A DNA stretch of 64,000 nt. Origin: Leucoraja ocellata (lineage: Eukaryota). The notes under the pieces were generated by a model, which was not told where the DNA came from, searched no databases, and was given only the letters and a program-made list of their open reading frames with translations. Within the stretch, counting starts at the first letter, position 1, and each line of letters opens with the position of its first letter. The stretch is from contig JAWMAR010000751.1 of NCBI GenBank assembly GCA_036785375.1, forward strand, positions 186,001 through 250,000. The letters are read 5' to 3'. The position numbers and the translations under genes were made by a program. This document shows, piece after piece, positions 51,215 to 62,748 of the stretch.

Positions 51215-51350
51215 TAAGTTTGAAGAAGGGTCCTTAACTAGAAATGTCCCTTGTCCATGTTCCCCAGAGATGTTGCCTGATTTGTTGAGTTACTCCAGCA
51301 ATTATATCCTCTTGTGTGAACCAGCATCTGCAGTTCCGTGCTTCTACAAC
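51215..51350 (+). mobile_element. Diverged Penelope-terminal-repeat element
   Basis: tttgaagaagggtcc...gagttactccagc...ccagcatctgcagttcc. Confidence 0.7.
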
Positions 51351-51379
51351 TTGCTAAGCTTGTTGGAGGTATCCAGTGT

Positions 51380-51701
51380 TTTAGTTTTTAGGTTTTAGGG
51401 ATACAGCGCGGAAACAGGCTCGTCGGCTCACCGAGTCCGTGCCGACCAGTGATCCCTGCACATTAACACTATCCTACACACACTAGGGACAATTTATATA
51501 TATACCAAGCCAATTAACCTACAAACCTGTAAGTCTTTTGAGTGTGGAAGGAAACTGAAGATCTTGGAGAAAACCCACCCAGTCATGGGAAGAACGTACA
51601 AACTCCAGACAGAGAGCACCCGTAGTCGGGATCGAACCGGGGTCTCTGGCGTTGCAAGCGCGTTAAGGCAGCAACTCTACAGCTGCACCAATGTGCCGCC
51701 C
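51380..51701 (-). mobile_element. Near full-length tRNA-derived V-SINE (shark HE1-like) with CR1-derived tail
   Basis: The reverse complement begins gggcggcac..tggtgcagc (A box), has GGTTCGATCCC (B box, 51628-51638), a V-domain tggagtttgtacgttct..ggtttt..tttcc..ccacactc and a tail cctgtttccgcgctgtatc. Confidence 0.85.
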
Positions 51702-51834
51702 AAAATGGAAGAACTGCTGTGACAATATAAGCAGACTTGCCCATTTTTTAATTATGATTTTAAGTTCTCAGCCGTGTTGCTGATAACATACTGCTCTGTC
51801 TGACAAATTGTAAAAAATCTGGACCTTTACGTAC

Positions 51835-51921
51835 TTGCAGGAAGTTGCTCTTCCTCAGTTCCGTCAGTGTTATCTTGCCAGACCAGGATCTGTTGACTGT
51901 GTAGAATATTCTTTGTATAAC
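51835..51921 (-). CDS. PPP2R3A: PPP2R3A exon (VIQRIFYTVNRSWSGKITLTELRKSNFLQ)
   Basis: 87 nt, flanked by ccgtag and gtacgt, phase 0/0; translated by hand. Confidence 0.96.
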
Positions 51922-53231
51922 CTACGGTGAAAGAAAATAAACAAACCATAAATAACCCTCAGCGGTAGAGCCCTGCAGAAATCAAACTGCGCTGATTCCC
52001 AGGAGAGAAGGGCAAACAGACAGCAGTTCCATGCTGCAGTTTAGACAGCCATCCAATAACAATGACTGTAGGGTCTTGCCAACCTCAATCTCCTTGGTGA
52101 TCAGTCAATGTGTCTGATCGCCAAGGAGAAATTAGCATTCTATTTTAAATCACTTCACTATGACTTGTTAATAAACCAAAGGATTAACATTATTCACGCA
52201 TCAAGAAAACCAATGACAAGCTACCAACCTAATATGGAGAGTCCTATGATAGAGGTTACCTTTCAGCACTCACTCTTTCCATGACATGAGGACTTTGAAA
52301 TCCTTCGCACTTACTCATGCACACAGAAGTGGCTGCTGTTGTTAACCCTTTGCTTTTTTTTTGTGAGGTAATCACACAAACCGGACTATTTTTCTTACAC
52401 CAGGATCTCAAAATCCTTTCCTTCTCCAATCACTGAAGGGGATTTCATTTCTGGACACTAGCTGCTGAGAAACATGCACAGCAGTTGAGGGAGAAGAAGA
52501 AGTGGATAAAGCAGCGGTTTTGACCACAATGGAGACCACAAATAGAAGAGATGATCAGATCATGGGATATCCAGAATGGGTCCTTTCCCAATGGTAAATT
52601 TGTTTTGGTCATGGCAATAATAAAATGTATCTGCAGCACAACAGGTGAGATGAGGAACTTTATATGGTTTCATTTTTTCATTTTTCTCTAGCTACATTTT
52701 CAGGGGGACTTCCGGGGTGGGGGGGGGGGAGATTTCAAGTACACTCTCGTAATTCTGACAGGATTAAAGGAGGTGCCAGACCACCAGTTGCCAGTGGTAT
52801 TTTGAAGTGGCACCATTATAATGATACTTCAGAATGCAGGAATATCACAATACTAATTGTTTCAGAAGGTAGATTCTAATATATTAGTTCTCAAACCTCT
52901 CTGTATAGAATAACCCTTTGCAAATGTCACCACACACTTTGGGAACAATGTCCAATAGCCAAAGTTGAGGGAGATGAAGAAGTTGAGGGAGATGACGTGT
53001 TGTCACTGCAGAAAATTATTGATATTTGACAGATGGTAATTTAAAAAAAAAATCATAAACAGTAAACATTCATCAGAGTGAGGTGTCCAGTGACCTTGGG
53101 GATTCCAGATTCCCCCCCGACATTCCCTCAGGAACTTCAGATTCCCGGAGGAATTTCCTCAGGGACTTCCTTTGGGACACCCATTGTGAAACCCGTGATT
53201 TGCAAGTGCAGCATTTCCAACCTGATATTAC

Positions 53232-53306
53232 CGTGGTAATGTATCGTGAATGGAATTCTGGTGCATCCTTCAAAAACGTGAGCCCCGGATGAGTATCCAC
53301 AATATC
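53232..53306 (-). CDS. PPP2R3A: PPP2R3A exon (DIVDTHPGLTFLKDAPEFHSRYITT); most 5' exon recognised in the window
   Basis: 75 nt, flanked by ccccag and gtaata; HPGL.FL..APEFHSRY motif. The next upstream exon was not found in 53.3-64 kb. Confidence 0.96.
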
Positions 53307-53534
53307 CTGGGGGAGACATTTAAAAATATAATTAGTCTTTGAATCTGGATCATTCTACCTGGCAAAATTAACACAACTCGTCAATACATAATGTAGATAA
53401 AGACCATGTACCAAGGCTTTATGGCTCAGGGGCATTAGCATTAGCCATAGTTGTTGACCGTCGCCCCTCAAGCTCGCTCTGCCATTGGGTTATATCCAGG
53501 CTCTTCTGCAATTCAACATAATTTTACATGTAGG

Positions 53535-53650
53535 GCCAGGCAGCATCCCTGGAGAAAAGGATCCTTCCAAAAGGTTGCTGCCTGACCCGCTGAGTTACTC
53601 CAGCTTTTTGTGTCTATCTTCGGTTTAAATCTGCAGTTCCTTCCTACACA
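53535..53650. mobile_element. Fold-back Penelope-terminal-repeat element
   Basis: caggcagcatccctggagaaaagg | ccttccaaaaggttgctgcctgacccgctgagttactccagc... Confidence 0.7.
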
Positions 53651-55617
53651 TCATTTTACATGCCTTTTTTTCATTTCCTTGGTTATCTCACCTAACAAAA
53701 TACTTTTCTCAATCTTAAGAGTTCTGATTACTCCCAAATCTGCAGATTTCCGCATGGCAAATCCCAGATTTCAATTGCCTTCAGTGATAAAATGCAGTTT
53801 CATTTCATTCCCGAATGACCCAAGTTGGCTCTGACATGTAGTTCTTGAACATTCCCAACAAAGGATAGGCTTAAAAGCACCTTAAACAGGGCTAATCTCA
53901 CATTCAAGCTGTGAAAGAGGATAATATTTCCTTTGCTGAGAAAGTGACAATGTTTCTTTACACTTCTGCAAAGTTCATTACAAGTAGTAAAATGACTTTG
54001 AGGTTTTATTGCCAAACTGGAACATACGAAATGCAAGCAAGTGTAAGAAACAGGAGCAGGCAACATGTCCTTTCATTCTATTTCCTTACTAGATTGTATC
54101 TTTATTCTTACCCATTTTCCTAAATTCCCCTGGTTTTCAAAAACATATCAATCTCAGTCTTCAACAATGACTGTGATCTCTGGAATTCTTTGAAATGCAA
54201 CATTCTCATCGTCAGAATGTCTTGACTTCAACTTAAATATTGTCTTCACAAACCCAATTATAAATGTAACATTAGTTTATAGATCGGACATTGGTTTTCC
54301 CACAGGCAAGGCTTCTGGTTGGCCTGCCTGGTGTCAGTAGGTAGAGAACTACATCAAAGTTCTCTCATGTGGAATAAAGAAAATGGCATTGCATTTCAGT
54401 AGTGCTGAAGCCTTGGATGTTAATGAAAATTGAAGTAACTCATCCACATCGTAAACCCACATGAGCTTGGCAATGTATTGTTTATGATACGGCAATTTCT
54501 TTCTTATTGCACAATTAACGAACAGGCCGTTGTACATTAGCTTTCTGGTGCTGCAGCACAAGCTTTTAAGATTACAGCCAGTATTATAAAGATTCCTTGT
54601 AGATGTTTTGAGCGCAGTACATAAAACCTGGTCGGACAGCAATTTTGGTTATATTAATAACCAGACTCTTTTGCTAGTATAACTGAGGAAGATAAAGATT
54701 ACTGGCTCTCTCCATTTACCTATCAGGCCTCTCCAATGCTGACACCAGCATGCCCACACTACATCTCAAGCTCAGCACTTCAAACTTTTGCAATGGTTAT
54801 GCAATGTTAGTGCTTGCAATATTTAGACTACATAATGCTGGTATTTTTTTACCACTGGAAATAAGTTGGTCATTGTTCTTCAGTTACAAATAGGACAAAC
54901 TTCCCTTGGGCAAATTCTCGTGACTAACTCAGTCGCTGCGTTATTTTAAATATAGTCATTTATAAACGCTGATGTTATCGGGGCACAGCTTCAGTTTGCA
55001 ATACATAACGCAAAGCTTAACACCATGCAAGGTAATTGCAGAAACATTAGGAATGAGATTCTGATCAAGGATAATCCTATTTAAATAATTTACAGTATGT
55101 TTATTTACAAATGATAAGAGATTCTTATGAACCAAAATTATAGAATTTAATTTCGCAAGGAAAAGGTGATAGGTTTGTATGTATTTAATTGTGTTCAAGG
55201 TATTAAATTATTTGCATAATCTCATTAAATGCTCGAGGAATTAATGAATTTCTAGGTTAATTGCAATTCCTAAGCTAATTTCTGATAAATCGAAGAAGCC
55301 CTATAAAAATTATTTTATTCCTCTCATGGGAGGAGAACATTGCTGGCAAGGACAGCACTAAATACCCATGCCAAATTCCCTGAAAGTGTCTAAGCAGAAG
55401 TAGACATCAGTCCATAGCAAATGGACTTGCTAGTCCATTTCCGAGGCATTCAACAACTGCATGCTCTGGGCCTGGAATTGAGCATAGGCCAAATCAACTG
55501 AGGACAGCGGATTTCCAGAGATCATTCTCTGAAAGACATCAGTCAATTAGACGGGTGTTTATTGCAATCTCATGTTTAATGCTTAACATTGTTAATACAA
55601 GTTATTTTTAAACAAAT

Positions 55618-55806
55618 ATAGACACAAAAAACTGGAGTAACTCAGCGGGACAGGCAGCATCTCTGGAGAGAAGGAATGGGTGATGTTTCGTCTCGAGAAA
55701 CGTCAACCATTCATTCTCTCCAGAGATGCTGCCTGTCCCGCTGAGTTACTCCAGCTTTTTGTGTCTATCATCAGTTTAAACCAGCATCTGCAGTTCCTTC
55801 CTACAC
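55618..55806. mobile_element. Near-perfect fold-back Penelope-terminal-repeat element with 14-nt TSD
   Basis: Arms 55618-55689 and 55697-55768 around gtctcga; atttttaaacaaat at 55604-55617 and 55807-55820. Confidence 0.9.
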
Positions 55807-55867
55807 ATTTTTAAACAAATTCCTGATTGTCTCATGGAATTTAAAATCCTCAGCTGGAATTGATACT

Positions 55868-56900
55868 TTGAACATAGAACAGTCCAGCAAAAACACAGGC
55901 CCTTCAACCCATAATGTCTGTGCCAAACATGAGGCCAAGACCATCTCTTATCTACCTGAGCACATCCCTCCATATCCATTTGCTTTTCCAAAAGCCTCAA
56001 GAGCCACTAACCCTCCATATCCATTTGCTTTACCAAAAGCCTCAAGAGCCACTAACATATGTACCTCAGTGCCCTTGGTAAAAAACAGTCGCTCCACACA
56101 TCTGTACATTTTGATGCCCCTCACCTTAAAGCTGTGTCCTCTAACATTTGAATTTTCCATCCTGGAAAAAAGGATCTGACCGTCATAATTGCTCTAAGTC
56201 GCCCAAGTCGGGGCGGCCCGGTCCGGGGGGAGGTTCGGCGCCCAAGTCGGGGCGGCCCGGTCCGGGGGGAGAAGCGACGCCCATGTCGGGGCGGCCCGGT
56301 CCGAGGCTGAAGACGGCACAGTACTCACGTGAGGGTGGCTGGGACGGTGTTCTGGCGGCGGTGGCCTGAGTCCGGGTTTCAGCCGCGGGCCAGCAGCTGC
56401 TTCTGCAGAACTGGTGGGCGGCAGCTTCAACCACCCCGGGACGCGGTGTGGAGCCGCGGGACTGTTCTTAACATCGCCCGGGGGGGGGGGGGGGGCATCA
56501 CCCCAGCGCAGAGGGAGAAGAGGAGGGAAGAGACTGCGACCTAAGACTTTTGCCTCCATCACAGTGAGGAGATGCTGGGTGGACTCACTGTGGTGGATGT
56601 TAATGTGTGTTTATTGTTGTTTTATTGTATTGTATTATATGTTGACTGCTGCAATTTCGTTCAGATTTCTGAATGATAATAAAAGGCCATCTATCTATCT
56701 ATCTATCTATCTATCTATGCCTCATAATTTTATATACTTCTATCAGGTCTCCCTGCAACCTCCAGCACTCCAGATGAAACAATCCAAGTCTGTCCGTCCT
56801 GTCCCTGTAGCTAATATTCCCTAATCCAGGCAACATTCTGGTAAAATCCCTCTGCCCCCTTTCCAAAGCCTCCAAATCCTTCTTGCAATGGGGTGATCAG
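55868..56900 (-). mobile_element. CR1-type LINE 3' region, with a 45-bp tandem duplication (55966-56055), interrupted by a younger insertion
   Basis: The reverse strand gives RGHSFKVRG..RLFFT and, beyond 56715, LFHLECWRLQGDLIEVYKIM (cf. LFSLE.RRLRGDLIEVYKIM). Confidence 0.8.
56185..56718 (+). mobile_element. Unclassified GC-rich non-autonomous retroposon with 39-bp tandem units and (ATCT)n tail, nested in CR1
   Basis: Units start at 56201, 56240 and 56279; CpG-rich body; LINE-like 3' UTR ending aataaaaggccatct(atct)n. Confidence 0.65.
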
Positions 56901-58249
56901 AACTTGTACTTATGACTATGGAACTTTACTCCAGGTCTCTAGATTGCTAATTACTAAATAGAAACAGAAAATACTGGATATACTCAGTGCAGAGAGAGAC
57001 AGCATTAATGTTTCATATAAGTAAGCGTTCATTCAGATGCCATCAGGAATGGTCCCTTCACTAACTTCAATAGTTAACTTTCTCTCTCGCTCGTCACTTT
57101 TGCTGTCTGTTTTGCTGACTATTTCCAGCATTATCACTTTTTATTTCAGATTTCAGCCTCGATTTTGAATTTAACACTGCTAAACTGATGTCATGTGAAG
57201 GCCAGTGGGGGATGTAAACAATGACGATGATAAGATTATTCACGACTATGATCTTGTCAGTGGTGTGTGTGCATGCGTTTGTTTTTAATCTGCTGCCTTC
57301 TTCAGGTTTACACTCTCCATGTACCACCCATTAGTTAAGCATGATCACTAGCAATATTCCAGCACCTAACTCGGATGGCCATGTGGATTTATCATGGGTG
57401 GCATCACTTCAAAGCCTCATGTTTTGTCGGTCCAGGTTTGATGTCAGGTCCTAGAAGGGCAGCTTTTTGCATTTACTTTCTTCCTCCAAACTGTTTGATA
57501 CTAATTTGTTGATAATCTTGTGTGTGGGCTCAACTCAGGTGTTTGTGTCAGATGCCGTTTCCTCACGATCAACTTTTTTATTAATAAAATGAAAAGTCGT
57601 AGGAAAGGACTTTTTGAAGCCTAAAAATCATTTTGATCAAAAAATCCAATCTCTGCAAGATTATTGTAACAAAATAATCTTGATGGTGTTTCACTGGGAG
57701 CTTTCTGGAAGAACAGCTTCGGTGTGTGGAGCCAACAGGGATATCTCCTGCAACAAGCTCCAGGGAGTAACTTCATAGTTCATTTGCTTTGCAGGTCAAA
57801 TGATGTCTCACAAATACTCAAGATTGCACTTACCCGAGCTCAACTGTAGGACAGTTGACTGTTAACTATTTTGTCAGTTGAAGAAAAGATTTCCTAGTCA
57901 TTTTGATGATTTTAAATTACATTAATTATCTTGTAGAAATAACTTCAAATCACTCACAAGCCAATTATAGCTGAAGGCTATAATGTTACCATATTTTTTT
58001 GCCTAATTTGTATTTCAGATGAACTCCTGCTGTGGTTGGCATACTAATCACTAGCGTTTGGCTCCTAGCGATCTCTACAGATTCCCCTGTGTAAACGTAC
58101 CATTTTGGACATTACATTTAATTTGGGTCCCAGCGGTATGTTGTTCCTCCAGAGACACGAGAGTTTGAATCAATTTGTGTACTAGGATGAGAGCTATTAA
58201 ATGGCTTTCCTAACATGCATGCCAATTTTTTTTTATAGCTATATTTAAT

Positions 58250-58555
58250 ATGAGGAAGGGGCTCGACCCGAAACGTCACCGACTCCTTCTCTCCAGGGAT
58301 GCTGCATGGCCTGCTGAGTTACTCCAGCATTTTATGTCTATCTTTATTATGATGCTGTCACTGCAAAATGCCAAATGTCTAAAGATAGACACAAATGCTC
58401 TCAGAAATAGCGACTCCATTTAAAGTTGAAAGGCGATTTAAAAATAAATAAGGAGCAGGAAGACACAAAATGCTGAAGTAACTCAGCAGGTCAGGCAACA
58501 TCTCTGGAGTACATGGATAAGTAACGTTTCGGGTTGGGACCCTTCTTCAGACTCA
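58250..58555. mobile_element. Tail-to-tail pair of Penelope-terminal-repeat elements; the minus copy has an intact hammerhead-like core (58523-58550)
   Basis: Plus copy at 58250-58342 (..gctcgacccgaaacgtcacc..); the minus copy reads gagt-CTGAAGA-A-GGGT(ccca)ACCC-GAAA-C-GTT-actt. Confidence 0.8.
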
Positions 58556-59486
58556 CTAATTTTCAACACGTGGATCTCTTCAATGCTGTTGTAAACTTAA
58601 TCAGGGCCAATTGGAGAGATATACGAGAAATAATAATAAATGAGTAAAACATTAGCTTTAACTTATCAGTGGTATCAACTTTTTAGGTGTTCAAGAAAGT
58701 GGTTGTCATTATAAGTGGTTGGTTGGCATTATATATTTGTTGCAGGATGTGATGACGATATCCATGATTGGCCTTGAACTAAGCGGCTTGCTTGGTCATT
58801 TCAGAGGGCAATTGAAAATCTGCCACGTCATTGCGTCTGGTGTCATTTCGGCCAGATTTGTTATGGGTAGCAGATGGATGTAACTGTACACGATCAGAGA
58901 CTTTGCTTCCCACCCATGTCTGACAGGATTCAACATCACATGAGGGCTGTGTTGGGCATCAACAAACGTCACAACCCTGTGTGCTCAGATTGCATTTTTC
59001 AGTGGAACAGTGGAGAAATAAAATCTGTTAGCATATTGAATAATATGAGGAGTAAGGTAAGTGACAAATCCATTTAGAAAGGGGTTGACTATCATATGTT
59101 AAGACTACACATAAGTGGTACTGAATACAGAGTTAAGGGAGGAATGTGCGGGAGGTGGCGGAAGCTTAGGCCCAGGCCTCGTCTCCATATTACTAAAGTG
59201 GGAGTGGAAGAGTACTTATAGCTCACCCTGTTAACCTGCTTCCTGGTAAATCATTTTCAGGTCTTGGAATTAACACACCTTGATTTTTTTTTGGAATTGC
59301 GATCCTGACTCACAAGACCAGGTCAATTCAGATTAGAGCAACAGAATGGCCAATCTACAAAATGTTGTGCCCGAACGGATCTCTAAACCAGATGAGTTTT
59401 TTCCCCCAATAATTTGGTTGTAATTTCTTTGGTCACTGCATCTTTAAAAAGGAAAATTCCAGTTGGTTAAATTGTGGAGTACTGGA

Positions 59487-59572
59487 GATAGACACAAAAC
59501 GCTGGAGTAACTCAGTGGGTCAGGCGGCATCTCTGGAAAAAGGAATAGGTGAGGTTTCAGTTCTTCAGACTC
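59487..59572 (-). mobile_element. Penelope-terminal-repeat fragment with stem II deleted
   Basis: gatagacacaaaacgctggagtaactcag...gtttcagttcttcagac. Confidence 0.7.
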
Positions 59573-60987
59573 CACCTGGAGTACTGGGCCAGGTTTCTAT
59601 GCAATGCAGCAGTAATTTAAAAGCTATTCTGTCATATCTCTGTCAAACTGAGGTGATATTCACATAAACAGTTATTGCTGGATAAATTAAGAACAAACAA
59701 GAATATACAGAGAATATCGAGCTCTACAAATGGCACGCTCACAATACTATAAAACTTACACTTAGCGGACAAAATATCCAGTATATGAAATGCAAACTAT
59801 CAAAATGAGCGCTATTTTTAAAAATCAGAATTATCACCAATTATTGTGCTTTCCTTTGTATGAAAGGGAGTGGGCATTTTCTTGTACACGTTTACCTCTT
59901 ATTTGGAGGGGTGCTGCTACTTGTAGGATCTTCTAGTAGCTGTTTTTAATTTAAATAGCCAGTGAAACAAACACAGGGCTAAACTTTAAACCTGCTGCAT
60001 GCTTTAATAGGATTCATAACTAAAAAATCAACATGATTTTTTTTTAAAGTGATGAAAAATAAGTTACGACTCTTTTGGATTATGGGTTGCAACTCATTCA
60101 CAAATGCTTCTTGGGTACTGGAGATGCGTGATGGTACCATTAGATATAGTTACGATAAATTATCAGGAAGAATTGTTCTTAACACCATCCTTCAATATGG
60201 ATTATATGGCCCAGAGGCATTGGAAATGCTCTTGGTTATCCACAATAGTATTGTAATTTGCCTCACCCAAAACATCAAGGAACAAGAGGGTTGTTTGGTG
60301 CAAAAGCCTGTTCTAGCTACCAATCCAGTGGTTCTCCTACTGGATCAGAAAATGAACGCATTATAGCCTAATTTCCAACTTCTGTAATTAAAAATAACTG
60401 TAATTAAAAATATGTTGAATCTTCTTATGGATAAGTACAATTAAAATGTTGATGCATTCCTTAGCTGTACTTAATGATAGATTTGTTGCACCCTCCCACT
60501 CTCAAAAGATATTACCGTAGTATATAGTAGAGCCTAAAATTTGCGTTTGTGCCAATAGATGGTATAATTTTACAGTGCAACAGTTTCATAGTGAAGATCT
60601 AGATTCCTACAATAGCACCATCTGCTGTACAAATGAACAATGACCTCTACTTAGATCAGTAATGAATATTGGAGCCAGTGAGTGATAACTGGGACATTAA
60701 CTGACCCTGATTGGAAATGTGGGATTATTCCTAAGAAAGTAGATAATGCTCTGGCAGCCCAATGGATGCCAAGAACTTGCAACATTTTTATATTGCGTAG
60801 AAGCCCTTCTTATTTGTGTAACCAAGTGTTGAGAATTTCAGAAATAAAAATCTAATTTTAAGAGCAGCATGAAAATTTATAGGAGGAAGGGTGGCAGGAC
60901 CCAGTGATGTTAATACTGAGGTTCCCTGTTGGAGGGGAGGAGCAGTAGAACCCAGGAGAGACATTAGGGGAGTCATTCCACATGATG

Positions 60988-61076
60988 TTGTCTGAAGAAG
61001 GGTCCCAAACTGAAGCATCACTTATTCATATTCCCCAGAGATGCTCCCTGACCCGCTGAGTTACTCCAGTACTTTT
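60988..61076 (+). mobile_element. Penelope-terminal-repeat fragment, degenerate core
   Basis: gtctgaagaagggtcccaaactgaagcatcac...gagttactccag. Confidence 0.7.
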
Positions 61077-61149
61077 GATCAGAAATGTTGTTCTGCGTGA
61101 TTGTGTGACATTCATCTCATGCTACATTCATGCAGCATATTCAAACCCC

Positions 61150-61770
61150 TCTTAAGCAAAGGTAAGCATTAGCCATTTTCCTGTCTTCTGGTAGCTCATC
61201 ACTCAAGGCTGAGGAAGATACAAAAATCTCTGCCAGGCCATTGCAATGTCTTCCTCTGCTTCCCATAACGTCCAAGGATGCACTTGGTCACGCCTCAGGG
61301 ATTTACCCACCTTCATGACCCTCACACACAGCCAGCACCCCATCTTTTGTAATGTTAATATGTTTCAGAACATCACTGTTCTCCTTTCTGAATCCCCTAC
61401 CTTCCCTGACCTTCTCCACAATCAATACTGATGAGAAATATTCATTTATTTGACCTCGCTCATCTTCTGTGGTTCCACACATAGATGACCATACTGATCC
61501 TTAAGGAAGTTTATTCACTCCCTAGTTACCCTTAACATACTTAGTTTCTTGGAATTCTCCTTTACCTTATCTGCCAAGATATCTCATGTCCCCTTTTTGC
61601 CTTCCTAATTTCCTTCTGAAGTGTATTCCCACATCCCTCTTCCTCAAGAGATTCACTTTATCCCAGTTGATACTTGATATACGTCTACATCTGACATAAA
61701 GCTTCTGTATCCTGACCAGAGCCTCAATATCCTTCATCAGCCAAGATTCTCTTATCCTGCCAGCCTTGCG
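61150..61770 (-). mobile_element. Decayed CR1-type LINE ORF2 fragment
   Basis: The reverse strand gives PGPSASLDVMGSRGRH (cf. PGPD..YP..L.E.REEI) and KAKRGHE.-like motifs. Confidence 0.55.
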
Positions 61771-62607
61771 TTTAACTAATTAGTTTTACTATTGAAAGTT
61801 TGGAAGTGTATTCTGTAGATCCCCAATTGTGGTTAGCAGTCACAAGGTTAACTATGGTTCTGTATTGAGCATTTAATATGTGTGGGGGCAGAGAACTTTT
61901 AATTTTACACAGAAAGATACATCAAAGAACTTTCACTCCTGTGTTAAAGTTTATGCGTTTTGTTGTGTCTGTTTTCTAATTCACAGGGCTGGTCTACATC
62001 CAACTATCCGAGAACCATGACTGCCTGAAGGGAGTAGTTATTTTCTGAACCTCACTTGCCAACGCTGGTTGATAGCTACGGTTTATTTGTATACATGTAT
62101 AATTATGTGGGCGATTATGATCCAAGAAGTTTTACAGAGAAACAGTTTGTATTGTAAGCTGCATAAAGGAAAAAGTTAAACAGAATGGATCTGAAAACTA
62201 TGAAGATAAGGAGAAGAAATGACTTCCGTGCCTTTCTTATGAAATATTACCCCAGACAATAACAGAAGTAGAATACGAAAAAACTCTGTCCCTAAAGTAA
62301 TTATGTCTATCCAGCAGTTTGGAGCATTAGAATTTGGACCTATGATTCCCAGAATTTGAACCCAAGATTCCTAACATTTTCCACTACTGACGTTTTCCTC
62401 AATGTTGTAGACTAATTGATATGGTGTGATTACCATGAATAGTCAATAACATCATTACTTTGTACCATGCAACAAACAGAAGACTGAAGGCAAGCCAGAT
62501 GGAGCCTAGTCTTTGATGGTCCCTTCAATGCTCCTATAAATAGTGCAGATACTGTGGAATCTCTTCCCGAAACAGTTTCACATGCGAAACAGAGAAAACT
62601 ATCATGA

Positions 62608-62748
62608 GATCATTTAAACATTTAGACAGGTACATGGATAGGATAGGTTTAGCGGGATATGGGCCAAACGCAGGTGGGACTGGTGTAGATGGGATAAGTT
62701 GGTCAGTGTGGGCAAGGTGGGGTGATGGGCCTGTTTCCACATTGTATC
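62608..62748 (+). mobile_element. CR1/HER1-type LINE 3' tail
   Basis: catttagacaggtacatggataggataggtttag.gggatatgggccaaacgcagg...gggcctgtttccac. Confidence 0.75.

Noticed and set aside
51620-51701. tRNA gene
   Set aside because: The A and B boxes belong to a SINE head; there is no complete cloverleaf and it continues into the V-domain.
53073-53231. Read-through ORF as an alternative PPP2R3A C-terminus
   Set aside because: A good donor is present at 53231 and the extension resembles nothing known; likely a chance open frame.
59896-59940. AG...GT-bounded ~44-nt segment on the minus strand as a PPP2R3A exon
   Set aside because: The translation does not match the expected upstream exon (..HDDASKF..EQEDFIPLLQ), the polypyrimidine tract is poor, and the length would shift the frame.
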